Shown here: in pieces, positions 46,482 to 56,376 of the stretch
How the letters are laid out: every line of letters begins with the position of its first letter
Position numbering within the stretch: position 1 is the stretch's first letter
Source: a virus
Direction: 5' to 3' (one strand)
Virus record (IMG/VR): IMGVR_UViG_3300037575_000021
Location: 1-64,000 of that record
DNA: 64,000 nucleotides
Position numbers and translations under genes: made by a program
The notes under the pieces: generated by a model
What the model saw: the letters and a program-made list of their open reading frames with translations, nothing else
What the model was told of the DNA's origin: nothing
Databases searched by the model: none

Positions 46482-47831
46482 ATGCCAAGACCCGTACATG
46501 AAATGCCGCTTTTTGATCCCGGTATCGCAATAAGGGAGTCACTACGTGACGTACAGATACGTAACACCCATTTCAATAGTAAGGGGCACTATTGCCCGCC
46601 TATCCCACACAGAGAGTGCTATAACCTACGTGGTATTGATTTCCATGTCTATCCTATTGGCCCCGGGAGAGGTGTTCGCTTCATGGGTAGAGACTATGAC
46701 CAGTTCTCCCTCTGGAAGCCCTCCGATTGGAGAGGGTTCCTTTATAGAGAGGTTGGGCTACCTACCTCACTTAACCTCAGGGTTAAGGATCATTGTATTT
46801 TTGCTGCCCGCATCCTAAGAAGAAAGCCATCAACTTTAGTTAATGGATTTAATAAAGCTATGTTAGAGGTTTGGGTGGATCCTATTAGACCTCTAGTAGA
46901 GAAGTACTGCAGTATGATTGGATACAGACGTGGCTGGGATGTTAATCTGGTTAGAGCACTGTGGGAAAGATTAGATGAAGTGAGTCAAGCGCTGGAGGAT
47001 AATCAGGAGAGTTTAGTCCCTTTTATCCTTCAAGATCATGACCTTAAACAACTCAAGGACTCACTCAGTAAGAAAGGTTGGAAGAAGTTGTGCAATAACT
47101 CAATATCGAGAAACCAACGATTAGCGATTGCAGACACTTGTGAGGTAGGGGAATATATTAACATACCCACGACATTATTAAGACAGATATTTAATAAGAA
47201 CCACCCCATGATGAAGCCAGATATGGAGAGCATCGACTGGTTCCTTAATAACTACAAAGGGCACACAACCCTAGATCAGAGATCGGAAAGATTACGTATG
47301 ATGACCATCTACAAGGATACCCAGAGAATGTCTGTACAACTTGGGGAGGATTTTAATCCAAAATGGTCTTATCGTAGGATATCGGAAAAGCACGAAGAGT
47401 TTACACGAGCTATACATAGGAGGCATTACTCCGATGATGTTTTCCCTTGGACTACACTCCTACCGGAGGAGGTTAAAAAGGTTGAGCATGAGGACTACAC
47501 AGCTACCCTTTTAGATAATGCTCTAGCTATTCGTGAGGAGGGTGATTCCATGGGGCACTGTGTTGGATCCTATGCCGTAAGAAGTTCAAATGCTGATTAT
47601 ATGGTTTACTCCATAACCAAGGGTGATGAACGTGTGAGTACATTAGGGATAAACGTTGACAACCACATCAGTAAGGAAGAACACAAACCGAGGGCACTGA
47701 GGGGTGGATATCGATTCAATCAGCACTACGGTAAATATAATTCTTATGTTACTGATGAGGATGTTAAAACTCTTGAGTCAAAAGTCCTCATGAAGCTTAA
47801 AAGTATGAGCGAGGGATTTGAAGATGAATGA
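46482..47831 (+). CDS. PcfJ-like domain protein
   Basis: EEG..MGHCVGSY motif near the C-terminus. Confidence 0.8.
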   Translation: MPRPVHEMPLFDPGIAIRESLRDVQIRNTHFNSKGHYCPPIPHRECYNLRGIDFHVYPIGPGRGVRFMGRDYDQFSLWKPSDWRGFLYREVGLPTSLNLRVKDHCIFAARILRRKPSTLVNGFNKAMLEVWVDPIRPLVEKYCSMIGYRRGWDVNLVRALWERLDEVSQALEDNQESLVPFILQDHDLKQLKDSLSKKGWKKLCNNSISRNQRLAIADTCEVGEYINIPTTLLRQIFNKNHPMMKPDMESIDWFLNNYKGHTTLDQRSERLRMMTIYKDTQRMSVQLGEDFNPKWSYRRISEKHEEFTRAIHRRHYSDDVFPWTTLLPEEVKKVEHEDYTATLLDNALAIREEGDSMGHCVGSYAVRSSNADYMVYSITKGDERVSTLGINVDNHISKEEHKPRALRGGYRFNQHYGKYNSYVTDEDVKTLESKVLMKLKSMSEGFEDE

Positions 47832-48123
47832 AGAGAAAGAAACTCTTGTTTTAGTCACTGGGGGCAGATCAGCTACCATTGTTGTTGATATGCTCGAAAA
47901 GGAAGGGTATGATGTTAAAGTTATCGATGACCAATCCCACATAGAGGGACTTGAGTGCGAAGCTTTAATCTTCGATGATGATATCGGAGGGCCAAGTAAA
48001 ACACAGGGTCAACTCTGTGCAGAAATACTTAAATCCTCGGGGGAGACTTATATGTCACCACGAAGAGGATACCAACGTGGGAAAGGTAAACGTAAAAAGA
48101 AATGGGAGAGCCCTTACGGATGA
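47818..48123 (+). CDS. Hypothetical protein
   Basis: Coupled ORF with basic tail. Confidence 0.55.
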   Translation: MKMNEEKETLVLVTGGRSATIVVDMLEKEGYDVKVIDDQSHIEGLECEALIFDDDIGGPSKTQGQLCAEILKSSGETYMSPRRGYQRGKGKRKKKWESPYG

Positions 48124-48620
48124 AGATTAGCAGGATTGACCTTATAGGTTTGAATGGCGCAACAGCTGAACATTACGAAGTTGTTGACAAACAGAAAGAA
48201 ACGTGTATACTTACAGAAAATCAAAAAGAGGAGGCCCAAATGAATTTATTACAAAAAGCTCTACTGAAGATTGCTAAGTTCTGTGTAAACCGATTAGATA
48301 ACTATGAGGTTTCGTACATCACAGATGAAGCAATGGGTGAGCTGGAAGACCGCGCCGAAGACATTATCCGTTCATACAATTATGGACCTAAATACGTCAA
48401 TGTGATCTACGAACAGTTAGGAATCACAAGTTATCAAATTAAAGACACTGATCGATTGGTTGAAGACCTAGGTGCTGACAGCCTAGATTTGATCGAGGTG
48501 ATTATGGCTCTAGAGGAAGAGTACGGAATTGAAATCCCTCATGGATTTGAAGAGAACATGATGGGTGCCACCGTTGCGGATGTAGCTCGTATTGTTGAAG
48601 GCCTAGGAGGTGAAGAATGA
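48102..48620 (+). CDS. Acyl carrier protein domain protein (likely start ATG 48240)
   Basis: LVEDLGADSLDLIEVIMALEEEYGI phosphopantetheine site; internal promoter and GAGGAGG before 48240. Confidence 0.85.
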   Translation: MGEPLRMKISRIDLIGLNGATAEHYEVVDKQKETCILTENQKEEAQMNLLQKALLKIAKFCVNRLDNYEVSYITDEAMGELEDRAEDIIRSYNYGPKYVNVIYEQLGITSYQIKDTDRLVEDLGADSLDLIEVIMALEEEYGIEIPHGFEENMMGATVADVARIVEGLGGEE

Positions 48621-49066
48621 TGGGGAGATGTACACAACTAGCTTGGAAGATTGCGGTTGATTCTCATGGTGATCAGATGTATGGGACTAAGCCCTATGTC
48701 CACCACCTACTTCAAGTGTTTGAAGGAATTAAGCGAAGCGCGAAAGCTTACAACCCTGCAGGTGTTATCTTAGATGAGGTTTGTGCTGTAGCCATCCTTC
48801 ACGATGTTTTAGAGGATACCGATATGACAGCGGATAAGTTAGTCATTGCTGGATTACCGGGAAACGTAGTGAGTTCAATCATCACCTTGACAAAATACAA
48901 GGATGAGAGTTATGATAGGTATATCTCAGGTATCAAGAAAGATACTATGGCTCTTATGGTCAAACGTGAGGACACTATGAAGAACCTTACTCAAAGCCAG
49001 AAAGAAGGTAACAACAAGCGAATCATTAAGTATTCCAACCAATTGAAACTACTGTACGAGGTGTAA
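48617..49066 (+). CDS. HD-domain small alarmone hydrolase-like protein (SpoT/Mesh1 type)
   Basis: H.DQ...PYVHH, AILHDVLEDT and VK.ED...NL motifs. Confidence 0.8.
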   Translation: MMGRCTQLAWKIAVDSHGDQMYGTKPYVHHLLQVFEGIKRSAKAYNPAGVILDEVCAVAILHDVLEDTDMTADKLVIAGLPGNVVSSIITLTKYKDESYDRYISGIKKDTMALMVKREDTMKNLTQSQKEGNNKRIIKYSNQLKLLYEV

Positions 49067-49067
49067 T

Positions 49068-49277
49068 TTGGATCTAAAACGTATCAATGACCATTACAAC
49101 ACAATTGCCAGTAAGGTCGCTGGCAGTACATCCCGCTCACAAGCGGAAAATAAATTACAGAACCACGTACACAAGCATGACCTGCCAGATATCTTTCGTG
49201 TTGTTCACAAAGGTAATGGATTCGAGGTTAGCGTTGATACGGAGTTCCAACGAGGAGTGGAGAGGTTGAAAGGGTAA
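49068..49277 (+). CDS. Hypothetical protein
   Basis: Fills operon gap; TTG start. Confidence 0.45.
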   Translation: MDLKRINDHYNTIASKVAGSTSRSQAENKLQNHVHKHDLPDIFRVVHKGNGFEVSVDTEFQRGVERLKG

Positions 49278-49849
49278 TGGAAGTTATAGCTTTACTTTTA
49301 GTATTGGCCATACCAATAGGTATACCCATCGCATTTGCCATCTTGTGTGAGAGAGATAGGATGGCTAACTCACCAAAATCCCCTGAGGAGCCAAGGGAGA
49401 TATTTCTACCACCAACATCTTTCAGAAAAGATATAGGTGAACCGATCTATTTCCTAGGTGAGAGAATTACCGAAGAGATTGAACTCTTCGAGTGGGCAAC
49501 TAGAGAGTTGGATAATTGGGGTTACTCGTTGATAGATCACATGAGTAGATCGTCAAGTGCCATCTTTAAGCGGAACCATACAATGCACATGAGCCGCCAT
49601 TGGTTTTTGGAATTCAAGGATATACCTTTTGGTTTTAATTGGTTTATCCAGAGAGATAATTCTCGTTACAATGATGGAGCGGAATATACCTGTAATGGAC
49701 TAACAGCTGATGAGGCTGAGTACCTTTACACCAAGTTCGAGGAATTGAAATCAGTTGAGGGTAATTTCGCTATGGCACGATCTCGGAGAACCCACAGGCT
49801 CAAGATTAATAAGTCTTATGGGCTAGAGGATCCTGATGGAGCTTGGTGA
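49277..49849 (+). CDS. Membrane-anchored hypothetical protein
   Basis: N-terminal TM helix. Confidence 0.6.
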   Translation: MEVIALLLVLAIPIGIPIAFAILCERDRMANSPKSPEEPREIFLPPTSFRKDIGEPIYFLGERITEEIELFEWATRELDNWGYSLIDHMSRSSSAIFKRNHTMHMSRHWFLEFKDIPFGFNWFIQRDNSRYNDGAEYTCNGLTADEAEYLYTKFEELKSVEGNFAMARSRRTHRLKINKSYGLEDPDGAW

Positions 49850-49909
49850 TATACTTTACGTGATTATACTTATGAGTTTAATGTTAATAATTTTTACGAA
49901 CCCAGATCA

Positions 49910-50107
49910 ATGGTAGATTATAAAGAACCACCTTGGAATTTAAAAACTGAGGGAAGTACAACAACATTCGGAGCCCCTAGGTTTGCTTATTGCTTTTCCT
50001 ACAAAGGGACTCGTTTCTGCAGCGAACTAACGTGGCACACTGAGTCGTTGGCCTTGTCTGCAGGTGAGAGGATTATTAAGGAGAAATTTGATGAAGGTGG
50101 GGACTAA
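49910..50107 (+). CDS. Hypothetical protein
   Basis: ORF in operon. Confidence 0.5.
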   Translation: MVDYKEPPWNLKTEGSTTTFGAPRFAYCFSYKGTRFCSELTWHTESLALSAGERIIKEKFDEGGD

Positions 50108-50285
50108 GGTTACTTACCGGGTGTTCAGATCTTACCTTAAGATCAAGAAAATTGAACAAGATAAAGCTCTCTTAGAGCCAGATACGTTAGACCCACTGGA
50201 GGAATTCCTTAAGAAGCCTTTCTGGGCTAAACTGGATACTCTTAACATATACAAGAGGGCACAACGGAAGAGGAAAGTAATATGA
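50064..50285 (+). CDS. Hypothetical protein
   Basis: ORF in operon; AGGAG RBS before MKVG. Confidence 0.55.
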   Translation: MRGLLRRNLMKVGTKVTYRVFRSYLKIKKIEQDKALLEPDTLDPLEEFLKKPFWAKLDTLNIYKRAQRKRKVI

Positions 50286-50551
50286 TTGTTAAAGGTGTAC
50301 AAAAGGCTGAGGTTGAGGTCTCTGTTAATGTGAGAGAATTTCTCGATGCTTTAAGTCACAAGCTCGTAGGGGTGTCCCTAAACGCCCTTCAGGTAAACGA
50401 GGAGGGGAAGCTTCAAAAGGAAGAATTATCTAATTACCACAGGGGTGAGTACGATTGGGTTGATTGTGAATATCAAAACCCTACCCGTATTCGTAGGGTT
50501 AAACTCTTACAGGATCTTTATGAGGAGGCCAAGGATGCAGGGCTTAAGTAA
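50282..50551 (+). CDS. Hypothetical protein
   Basis: Coupled ORF. Confidence 0.6.
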   Translation: MIVKGVQKAEVEVSVNVREFLDALSHKLVGVSLNALQVNEEGKLQKEELSNYHRGEYDWVDCEYQNPTRIRRVKLLQDLYEEAKDAGLK

Positions 50552-50921
50552 GGGGGTAAAGGTCGCAGATGTAGTGGATATCTATGCACTATCTGCACCA
50601 AAGAATGAGCGCGAGACTGAGATCCGACGTTACTACGAAGATCGTCTTGTAGCCGAGAGTAATACTAAAGGGTGCGGGTGGTATGGATCCAATGGATCAG
50701 TCGGTAAGGTTCAAGCTTTAAAGTTGACATCTGTAGACGGTAGTGTACAATACTTTCTGATGAGTGATGAAGTGGACATTAATATTGAAAAGCACACACC
50801 GGAGGATGTTGAGAGGCTCGCAAGAGAAGAAAAACGCAAAGCTCTTAGGAAGTTAACTCCTCAAGATATCGAGGCCCTAGGTCTTGATGCTCTAGAGGAT
50901 GAATTAAAACAGGAGATTTAA
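50445..50921 (+). CDS. Hypothetical protein (true start probably downstream)
   Basis: C-terminal KALRKLTPQDIEALGL. Confidence 0.6.
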   Translation: MSTIGLIVNIKTLPVFVGLNSYRIFMRRPRMQGLSKGVKVADVVDIYALSAPKNERETEIRRYYEDRLVAESNTKGCGWYGSNGSVGKVQALKLTSVDGSVQYFLMSDEVDINIEKHTPEDVERLAREEKRKALRKLTPQDIEALGLDALEDELKQEI

Positions 50922-50924
50922 AAA

Positions 50925-51329
50925 ATGAGGATGAGAGGGAAGCTCCCTATCTTCAGTTACAGGGACACGTTCAGCCTTGACTCTACCCTAGCACCAATCA
51001 TAGCTGCAGGGTTAAGGAAGTTCAAGGATACCATCTCCAGCACTGAGTGGGGAGGCTATCCCAACGGGTTCGATACTGAGGAAGAGTGGCACGAAGTACT
51101 GGATAAGATGATCTGGTCTTTCGAGAATGCCGACTTTGAGATTGGTCTTCCACCTGAATATTGGGAAGAGACTAAGGGTATGAGTCTCGTGGATACACTT
51201 AACCGGGGTAAGACACCTAACCAAAAAGCTATCTGGGATGAGTACATGAAGAACTGTGAAGCTCATCAAGAGAGACTGGTGGAGGGGTTTGACCTGTTCG
51301 CTAAACACTTCCAGAGCTTGTGGTGGTAG
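50925..51329 (+). CDS. Conserved phage hypothetical protein
   Basis: DTFSLD.TLA.II, W...LDKMIWSF and GFDLF...F..LW motifs. Confidence 0.7.
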   Translation: MRMRGKLPIFSYRDTFSLDSTLAPIIAAGLRKFKDTISSTEWGGYPNGFDTEEEWHEVLDKMIWSFENADFEIGLPPEYWEETKGMSLVDTLNRGKTPNQKAIWDEYMKNCEAHQERLVEGFDLFAKHFQSLWW

Positions 51330-51330
51330 G

Positions 51331-51675
51331 ATGAAGACAATCATAGCTGGTGGTAGAGACTACTACCTAACAGAAAGTGATATAAGCAAGCTCGATACCT
51401 TACACATCACCGAGGTGGTTGAGGGAGGTGCTCCGGGAGTTGATAGATGTGCATTCCGATATGCACACAAGAAAGGACTGAAGTGCACAACCTTCAATGC
51501 TATGTGGCAAGAGGAAGGGAGAGCTGCAGGGCCTCTCCGAAACAGGAAGATGGCAAACTACGCAGAGGCTGTTGTGCTATTCCCGGGAGGAAGGGGCACA
51601 CAGTCGATGTACAACGAAGCCGTTAAGGCTGGATTAAAGATTTACGATTACAGACAAACAACAGAGGAGAAGTAA
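51331..51675 (+). CDS. SLOG-family (DUF2493/YspA-like) protein
   Basis: IIAGGRD, GGAPGVD, AAGPLRN and FPGGRGT motifs. Confidence 0.85.
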   Translation: MKTIIAGGRDYYLTESDISKLDTLHITEVVEGGAPGVDRCAFRYAHKKGLKCTTFNAMWQEEGRAAGPLRNRKMANYAEAVVLFPGGRGTQSMYNEAVKAGLKIYDYRQTTEEK

Positions 51676-51677
51676 AT

Positions 51678-52031
51678 ATGTTAAACACTTACGTACTACA
51701 CGCAAACAATCAGGTTGCTCACAAACAATGTGGCTCAGCAACATTCCGTATGGTAGTTGGCCCAGACAACACCATGTCTATGTCTATGGCGGTATGCTCT
51801 AAGAACGATCAATTCTCACGTAAACTTGGTCGTGGCATTTCAGCTGATCGATTAACATTCGGTAAGGAAGTTGTTAAGGGTTATTACCACCCATCTCTAG
51901 CTATGCGATTCAACGTAGAGCTGGCACTTATGGACTTCCTAAAGGCCAATGAGGATAGTAAGAACACACCTGAGTATCGCTTAGTTGAAAAAGCTAAGCT
52001 GGCACTTGACGGTTACACAACTTACACCTAA
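51678..52031 (+). CDS. Small hypothetical protein with a CS..D.F...GR motif
   Basis: GAGGAG RBS; followed by a terminator. Confidence 0.7.
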   Translation: MLNTYVLHANNQVAHKQCGSATFRMVVGPDNTMSMSMAVCSKNDQFSRKLGRGISADRLTFGKEVVKGYYHPSLAMRFNVELALMDFLKANEDSKNTPEYRLVEKAKLALDGYTTYT

Positions 52032-52036
52032 TATCA

Positions 52037-52056
52037 GGCCCTTCGGGGCCTTTTCT
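52037..52056 (+). terminator. Intrinsic terminator
   Basis: AGGCCC-TTCG-GGGCCT-TTT. Confidence 0.8.
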
Positions 52057-52279
52057 GTATGGAGATCCAGAAATGGGAATAGATATTGAGGGCGGCATGA
52101 TTGTAGGTGCCGAGGGGCATGAGATCAATAAGCCAGATGGGGGGGGATCACCTAGAGCCCCTGTGTGTGAACTACAGGAATACATACAGAAGTTTTAAAG
52201 ATACCACTGTGACCTTGACAAACTGCAAGGTTAAGTATTATGATGGTAGCATACGTAAGAAATACGGAGGGAGACCACA

Positions 52280-52531
52280 GTGAAATGGCTTAAGAAACTA
52301 CTCAACATCCACGATTGTGAGTTCGAGGACTACAAACCAATGGAGCCCATTGGCATTACCATGGGGTGGAGCATGAAGCCCACCGTTGAGTACAAATCCT
52401 TCGAGAGATGTAAGCATTGCCACAAAGAAAAGGTGAAGACAGGATGGATCTTCCATAAAGACCATACCCTCCACCCAGAGAACTATGACGAAGAGGGCAA
52501 ACCTCTAAGCAAATTTAAACCGACTAAGTAG
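52280..52531 (+). CDS. Hypothetical protein
   Basis: GGAGG RBS; CxxC. Confidence 0.6.
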   Translation: MKWLKKLLNIHDCEFEDYKPMEPIGITMGWSMKPTVEYKSFERCKHCHKEKVKTGWIFHKDHTLHPENYDEEGKPLSKFKPTK

Positions 52532-52539
52532 GAGGCACC

Positions 52540-52731
52540 ATGAGCGATGACTCAGAGTACAATGATGGATATCACCAAGGGTGTGAAGATACCTCTCAGG
52601 AATACAAAGGGATTGTATCTAGCATCCTAGATGATCAAATAAAAGATATTGAGCTTAAAATAGATGAGCTAAAAGTGTCGGCTTATCACCTTACTCAAGT
52701 TAAGAACCAAATACTAGGGAGCATGGAATGA
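52540..52731 (+). CDS. Hypothetical protein
   Basis: AGGAGG RBS. Confidence 0.6.
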   Translation: MSDDSEYNDGYHQGCEDTSQEYKGIVSSILDDQIKDIELKIDELKVSAYHLTQVKNQILGSME

Positions 52732-53069
52732 ACTTCAAAGAAGCAATACGTGAATGGTTTGATGATAAGCGATTTCCTATTAGGACAGAGCCTATCCTCA
52801 ACCTGATACACCAGTGCTTTGAGGAACTGACCAGTAAGCGTAAAGTATGGATGATCACTACTACAGTTAACGATTACAATCAATATGGTGAGTATATCGG
52901 AGCTATATACATAACAAAGCCAACCTTTAGTGAGATTAAGTCACTAAATATCTTCACGTCTAGGTATGATCTGGATGACTGTATTAGTAAGCTACTGGAG
53001 GAGGGTGAAGTTATGCGGGGAGATACCACTTACTACCTAGATGAAGTAGAACAAGGAGAATCACTATGA
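52728..53069 (+). CDS. Hypothetical protein
   Basis: Coupled ORF; NDYNQYGEY motif. Confidence 0.6.
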   Translation: MNFKEAIREWFDDKRFPIRTEPILNLIHQCFEELTSKRKVWMITTTVNDYNQYGEYIGAIYITKPTFSEIKSLNIFTSRYDLDDCISKLLEEGEVMRGDTTYYLDEVEQGESL

Positions 53070-53521
53070 CAGAACAAACACACAAACAAGAATTAACCAT
53101 CACCGTAGATGTGCCTGATGGGTACAAGGCTGTTGATTATCGAGCACCTAGAGAGGGAGAGCTATACCTCACTGGTTGTGGGCGTGCACACACAGCATCT
53201 GATGACTATAGGAGCACCCGTTTCCCCATCCTTAAGAAGGAGATATCCCGAACCATCACTATCCCCGAGATAGAGATCAAGGTTGAAGATGCTCAGATAT
53301 TATACCATCTAATCAACCTATCCTTTAATGATAAACAGCGAGTTCTCTCCAATTACGGTGTGGATATCACAGGGGTATATACTACCGGAGGGATCTACAA
53401 AACTGTGGGCGAGAGGTTAAGCCGCATTCTGGAAGAATCCTACGGGATCGATTTGGCCTGCGGAGGAAACGCTCGGACTAGAATCCTCACAATAGAGGAA
53501 TTGGAGAACTCTAATGATTGA
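53066..53521 (+). CDS. Hypothetical protein
   Basis: AGGAG RBS; coupled. Confidence 0.6.
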   Translation: MTEQTHKQELTITVDVPDGYKAVDYRAPREGELYLTGCGRAHTASDDYRSTRFPILKKEISRTITIPEIEIKVEDAQILYHLINLSFNDKQRVLSNYGVDITGVYTTGGIYKTVGERLSRILEESYGIDLACGGNARTRILTIEELENSND

Positions 53522-53819
53522 ACACGGAAAGGAAGCACTAGAGTCTGCCCTAGCCACAGAGTCAAACATCAAGTTTAGACGTGACCTATTGGATATCCAG
53601 AACTCCCCTGACCTGATAGAAAAGGCTGAGTTCTACCTATCCAACTATCAACTAGCTCTATCAAGTGCCTTCAGCATCTACTACACTACTGAAGGTGATA
53701 AGGCTAGGAAGTCTAGGATACTCCTGAACCGAGTCCATGTTATCTCTGTCCTAGAGGCTATACTCGAAGAAGCTAAACGACCATACAAAGACCCAGAATT
53801 TGGGTGCCTAGCACCATAA
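53514..53819 (+). CDS. Hypothetical protein
   Basis: GGAG RBS; coupled. Confidence 0.6.
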   Translation: MIEHGKEALESALATESNIKFRRDLLDIQNSPDLIEKAEFYLSNYQLALSSAFSIYYTTEGDKARKSRILLNRVHVISVLEAILEEAKRPYKDPEFGCLAP

Positions 53820-53835
53820 CCAAGAGGAGAACCAA

Positions 53836-54120
53836 ATGACAGAACATGATGTAACCCAAGACACAATAGGTCTAGGTGAGCCGGGTGTACCTCCAAACCT
53901 CTATAATGCATTGCTTAAGGAGAATGAAGCACTAGAGTTGGGTCTACTAGGTCTCACTCGGATCCTCGCGCAGGTTGGCTTTATCATTGCTACCAAAGAG
54001 ATCAAGGATGAGGATGATGAAGCTATACTTAAGCTTATCAACGAGGGAGGCAAGGAGGTAAAAGAGCAACTCATTAGTTTCCAAGCCGAATGTGATAAAC
54101 TTCGAGGTAAGACTGAGTAG
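53836..54120 (+). CDS. Hypothetical protein (last gene of the plus-strand block)
   Basis: GAGGAG RBS. Confidence 0.6.
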   Translation: MTEHDVTQDTIGLGEPGVPPNLYNALLKENEALELGLLGLTRILAQVGFIIATKEIKDEDDEAILKLINEGGKEVKEQLISFQAECDKLRGKTE

Positions 54121-54833
54121 CCCTGTGAGGCTCCCTGAGGGCCTCTCTACTCACCCACACAATCACCTTACCCAAACCTTAAAACCTCTCCTGTAGCCAT
54201 ACAGGCCCACCTAGCGCCATCCCCGCACCTATACCTACCAAAATATCCCACCAACAAGTATAAATACTGTAAAGAAATAACCCATATTAGCATCCCCTTA
54301 ATTTAGCAACCCCTAATTCACTACACCCTAATGTTCATCAACCATACAGGTCATTTCCTGTCCGATATTCCCCCACCAATTTCAGACCCTTCTGTACCCA
54401 TCTAATAGTAAATTCCATAATTAAATACCGTAAAGGGCCTGAGAGGCTCTGTACGTCCCTCTACGAGGTGTTCATACCTCTAGGAGTCCCAATACATCAA
54501 CCCTGTAGAAAATATCCATAGGAGTCCCTGTGGGGCTTCTGTGCGTTTGTGGGAAAATATCTGTGTGGGTGGACTTAAAGGGCCATACCGATTTGTGTTT
54601 TCCTGTAAAGTTGCTCCCGAGGTGCTTAACACAGCGCCTGCCACCCATCTGTCAAGCGAATAATCTCAAAATATCCATAAAGTATAACAACCCTCTAGCC
54701 TTAGAACCACGGGGCATAACGGCAATAAGTGTGCCAATAATTAGGGTACGTACTTCCGATAATTAATATTATCGGAAATTGGTAGAGACTTTTTAGGAAT
54801 AAGTACAATAATCGTTATAACTCATAGGTTTAT

Positions 54834-54852
54834 GCTAATGATTATCACTATC
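54834..54852. promoter_or_regulatory. Fur-box-like site
   Basis: GCTAATGATTATCACTATC; 16/19 match to GATAATGATAATCATTATC. Confidence 0.5.
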
Positions 54853-54900
54853 AGGGAAAATAATTAAGAAAAGGCTTGACAAAGAGAATTCGATGTGTTT

Positions 54901-54971
54901 AACCCGAAGGGTAACAGAAAGGGTAACCCCAAGGGTAACACAAAGGGTACACAAGGGGGAATAACACAAAG
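54901..54971 (+). repeat. Short iteron-like direct repeats (AAGGGTAAC)
   Basis: About 12-nt periodic AAGGGTA(A)C units. Confidence 0.6.
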
Positions 54972-55314
54972 CCCTCGACCATTGGCATGGTCTCGGTCTA
55001 TGCCCTGTGTGTATGTATAGTTATACCTTAAGGTGATGCTGAAGGGTCATGCTAGCAGGGCCTAGGCTTATGATAATAAGCCGTTAAGATAAGCACCCAC
55101 CATATAAGGCCCTTTCATGTAAGCGCCTATTGTAAGTGTCTTATGGTAGGTGTATTGAGTAGGGTTATTTATTTGATTAGGGCTTGACACTAAAGGCCCC
55201 AACCCGTAAGCTAGTCACTGTAAGATAGGGAAGGTAGGCTCATACTGTAGGGTTAGACTGTAACGTATAAGTAATACTTTATTGATTATAGCATGGAATT
55301 ATATAAAAGTCAAT

Positions 55315-55333
55315 GATAATAACAACCATTATC
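55315..55333. promoter_or_regulatory. Fur-box-like site
   Basis: GATAATAACAACCATTATC; 16/19 match to consensus. Confidence 0.5.
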
Positions 55334-55494
55334 ATTAGCATTTTCTTCCAAACCACTACACCAAGCCTTAACAGTTGTCAATACCTAAATGTTTATACAG
55401 TACCGTTGTTTAAGCTCCTGTAAGGCGCTCTGAGAGGTGTTTGGGACTACCCCCTTGTAATGGTATTCCTTAAGGGAGAACTCCCTACAGACCT

Positions 55495-55749
55495 TTAGTA
55501 TTCATACATAGGGGCAGTGTACCCCCAAAAAATGTACACATCAGCTTTATAGCTCTCTTGCTCTAGTAGGTTTAGCACCTTCAGTACGCAATACTTTTCT
55601 AGAGCTTCTTCATAATCTACTTTTGCAGTGTATCCCCTACTTTCTAGTTGCTTTTTAATTTCTAGTAGTAGGGTGGTCGCTTGCTCTTGGTTTTGATCTC
55701 CTGCTTGCTTGAAGGTCATTAGAAAAGCTTTTAAATCTTGTTCTTCCAT
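55495..55749 (-). CDS. Hypothetical protein
   Basis: Own promoter TTTACT-16-TATAAT upstream. Confidence 0.6.
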   Translation of the reverse strand: MEEQDLKAFLMTFKQAGDQNQEQATTLLLEIKKQLESRGYTAKVDYEEALEKYCVLKVLNLLEQESYKADVYIFWGYTAPMYEY

Positions 55750-55934
55750 GTTTTCGCCCTTGGTTGTTTTCTTAACTGTATGACTAACATTATACAGACA
55801 AAAACCACAAAGTAAACATTTTGTTTAAATTAAATCATACCTAGAGCAAGGGCAGCACCTAGGGCGCTTATTACCATTCCAGCTATAAAGAAAAGGGTTA
55901 TAAGCAGTATTAAGACTGAGTGTTTCATAGTGGG

Positions 55935-56366
55935 CTATTCGTCGTGATACCTTGGTAAATGGTAACATTCAATAATGTGATGCTCTCCTCTTTCATCCAT
56001 AACCAAGTAAACGTCAGCATGGTCTCTAAAACCTGTATAAACCACAGTATCCAATTCCTCAGGCTCTATGAAGATTACCCCACCAATATTGAGAGATACT
56101 TGGTCTGTCTCTTTGTCATAGAACCATTCGTCGTGACCATCAAAGCCATAAACCTCTACGGTGTCTATGCTTATTCCATTTAGGGGTATTCCCTCTTCTT
56201 CCTCATATTCTGTACCTACAGAGCACTCGTCTATTAGTTCAGATAGGGAAAGTCTAGTTTCTTGCTTTGGGGTGTAAACCTTGACATGTTTCCCTTTTGA
56301 TTCATCCCAAAAATGGGCTAATGTGTTAGTGCTTATTACTAGGGTAATCAATGCTAGTGATTTCAT
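55935..56366 (-). CDS. Secreted acidic hypothetical protein
   Basis: Signal peptide; GAAGG RBS. Confidence 0.65.
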   Translation of the reverse strand: MKSLALITLVISTNTLAHFWDESKGKHVKVYTPKQETRLSLSELIDECSVGTEYEEEEGIPLNGISIDTVEVYGFDGHDEWFYDKETDQVSLNIGGVIFIEPEELDTVVYTGFRDHADVYLVMDERGEHHIIECYHLPRYHDE

Positions 56367-56376
56367 GGTGTTTCCT

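Noticed and set aside
54530-54766. ORF in the non-coding zone (also 58537-58785, 58972-59154 and 63439-63705)
   Set aside because: No RBS, atypical composition, and overlap with repeats or promoters.
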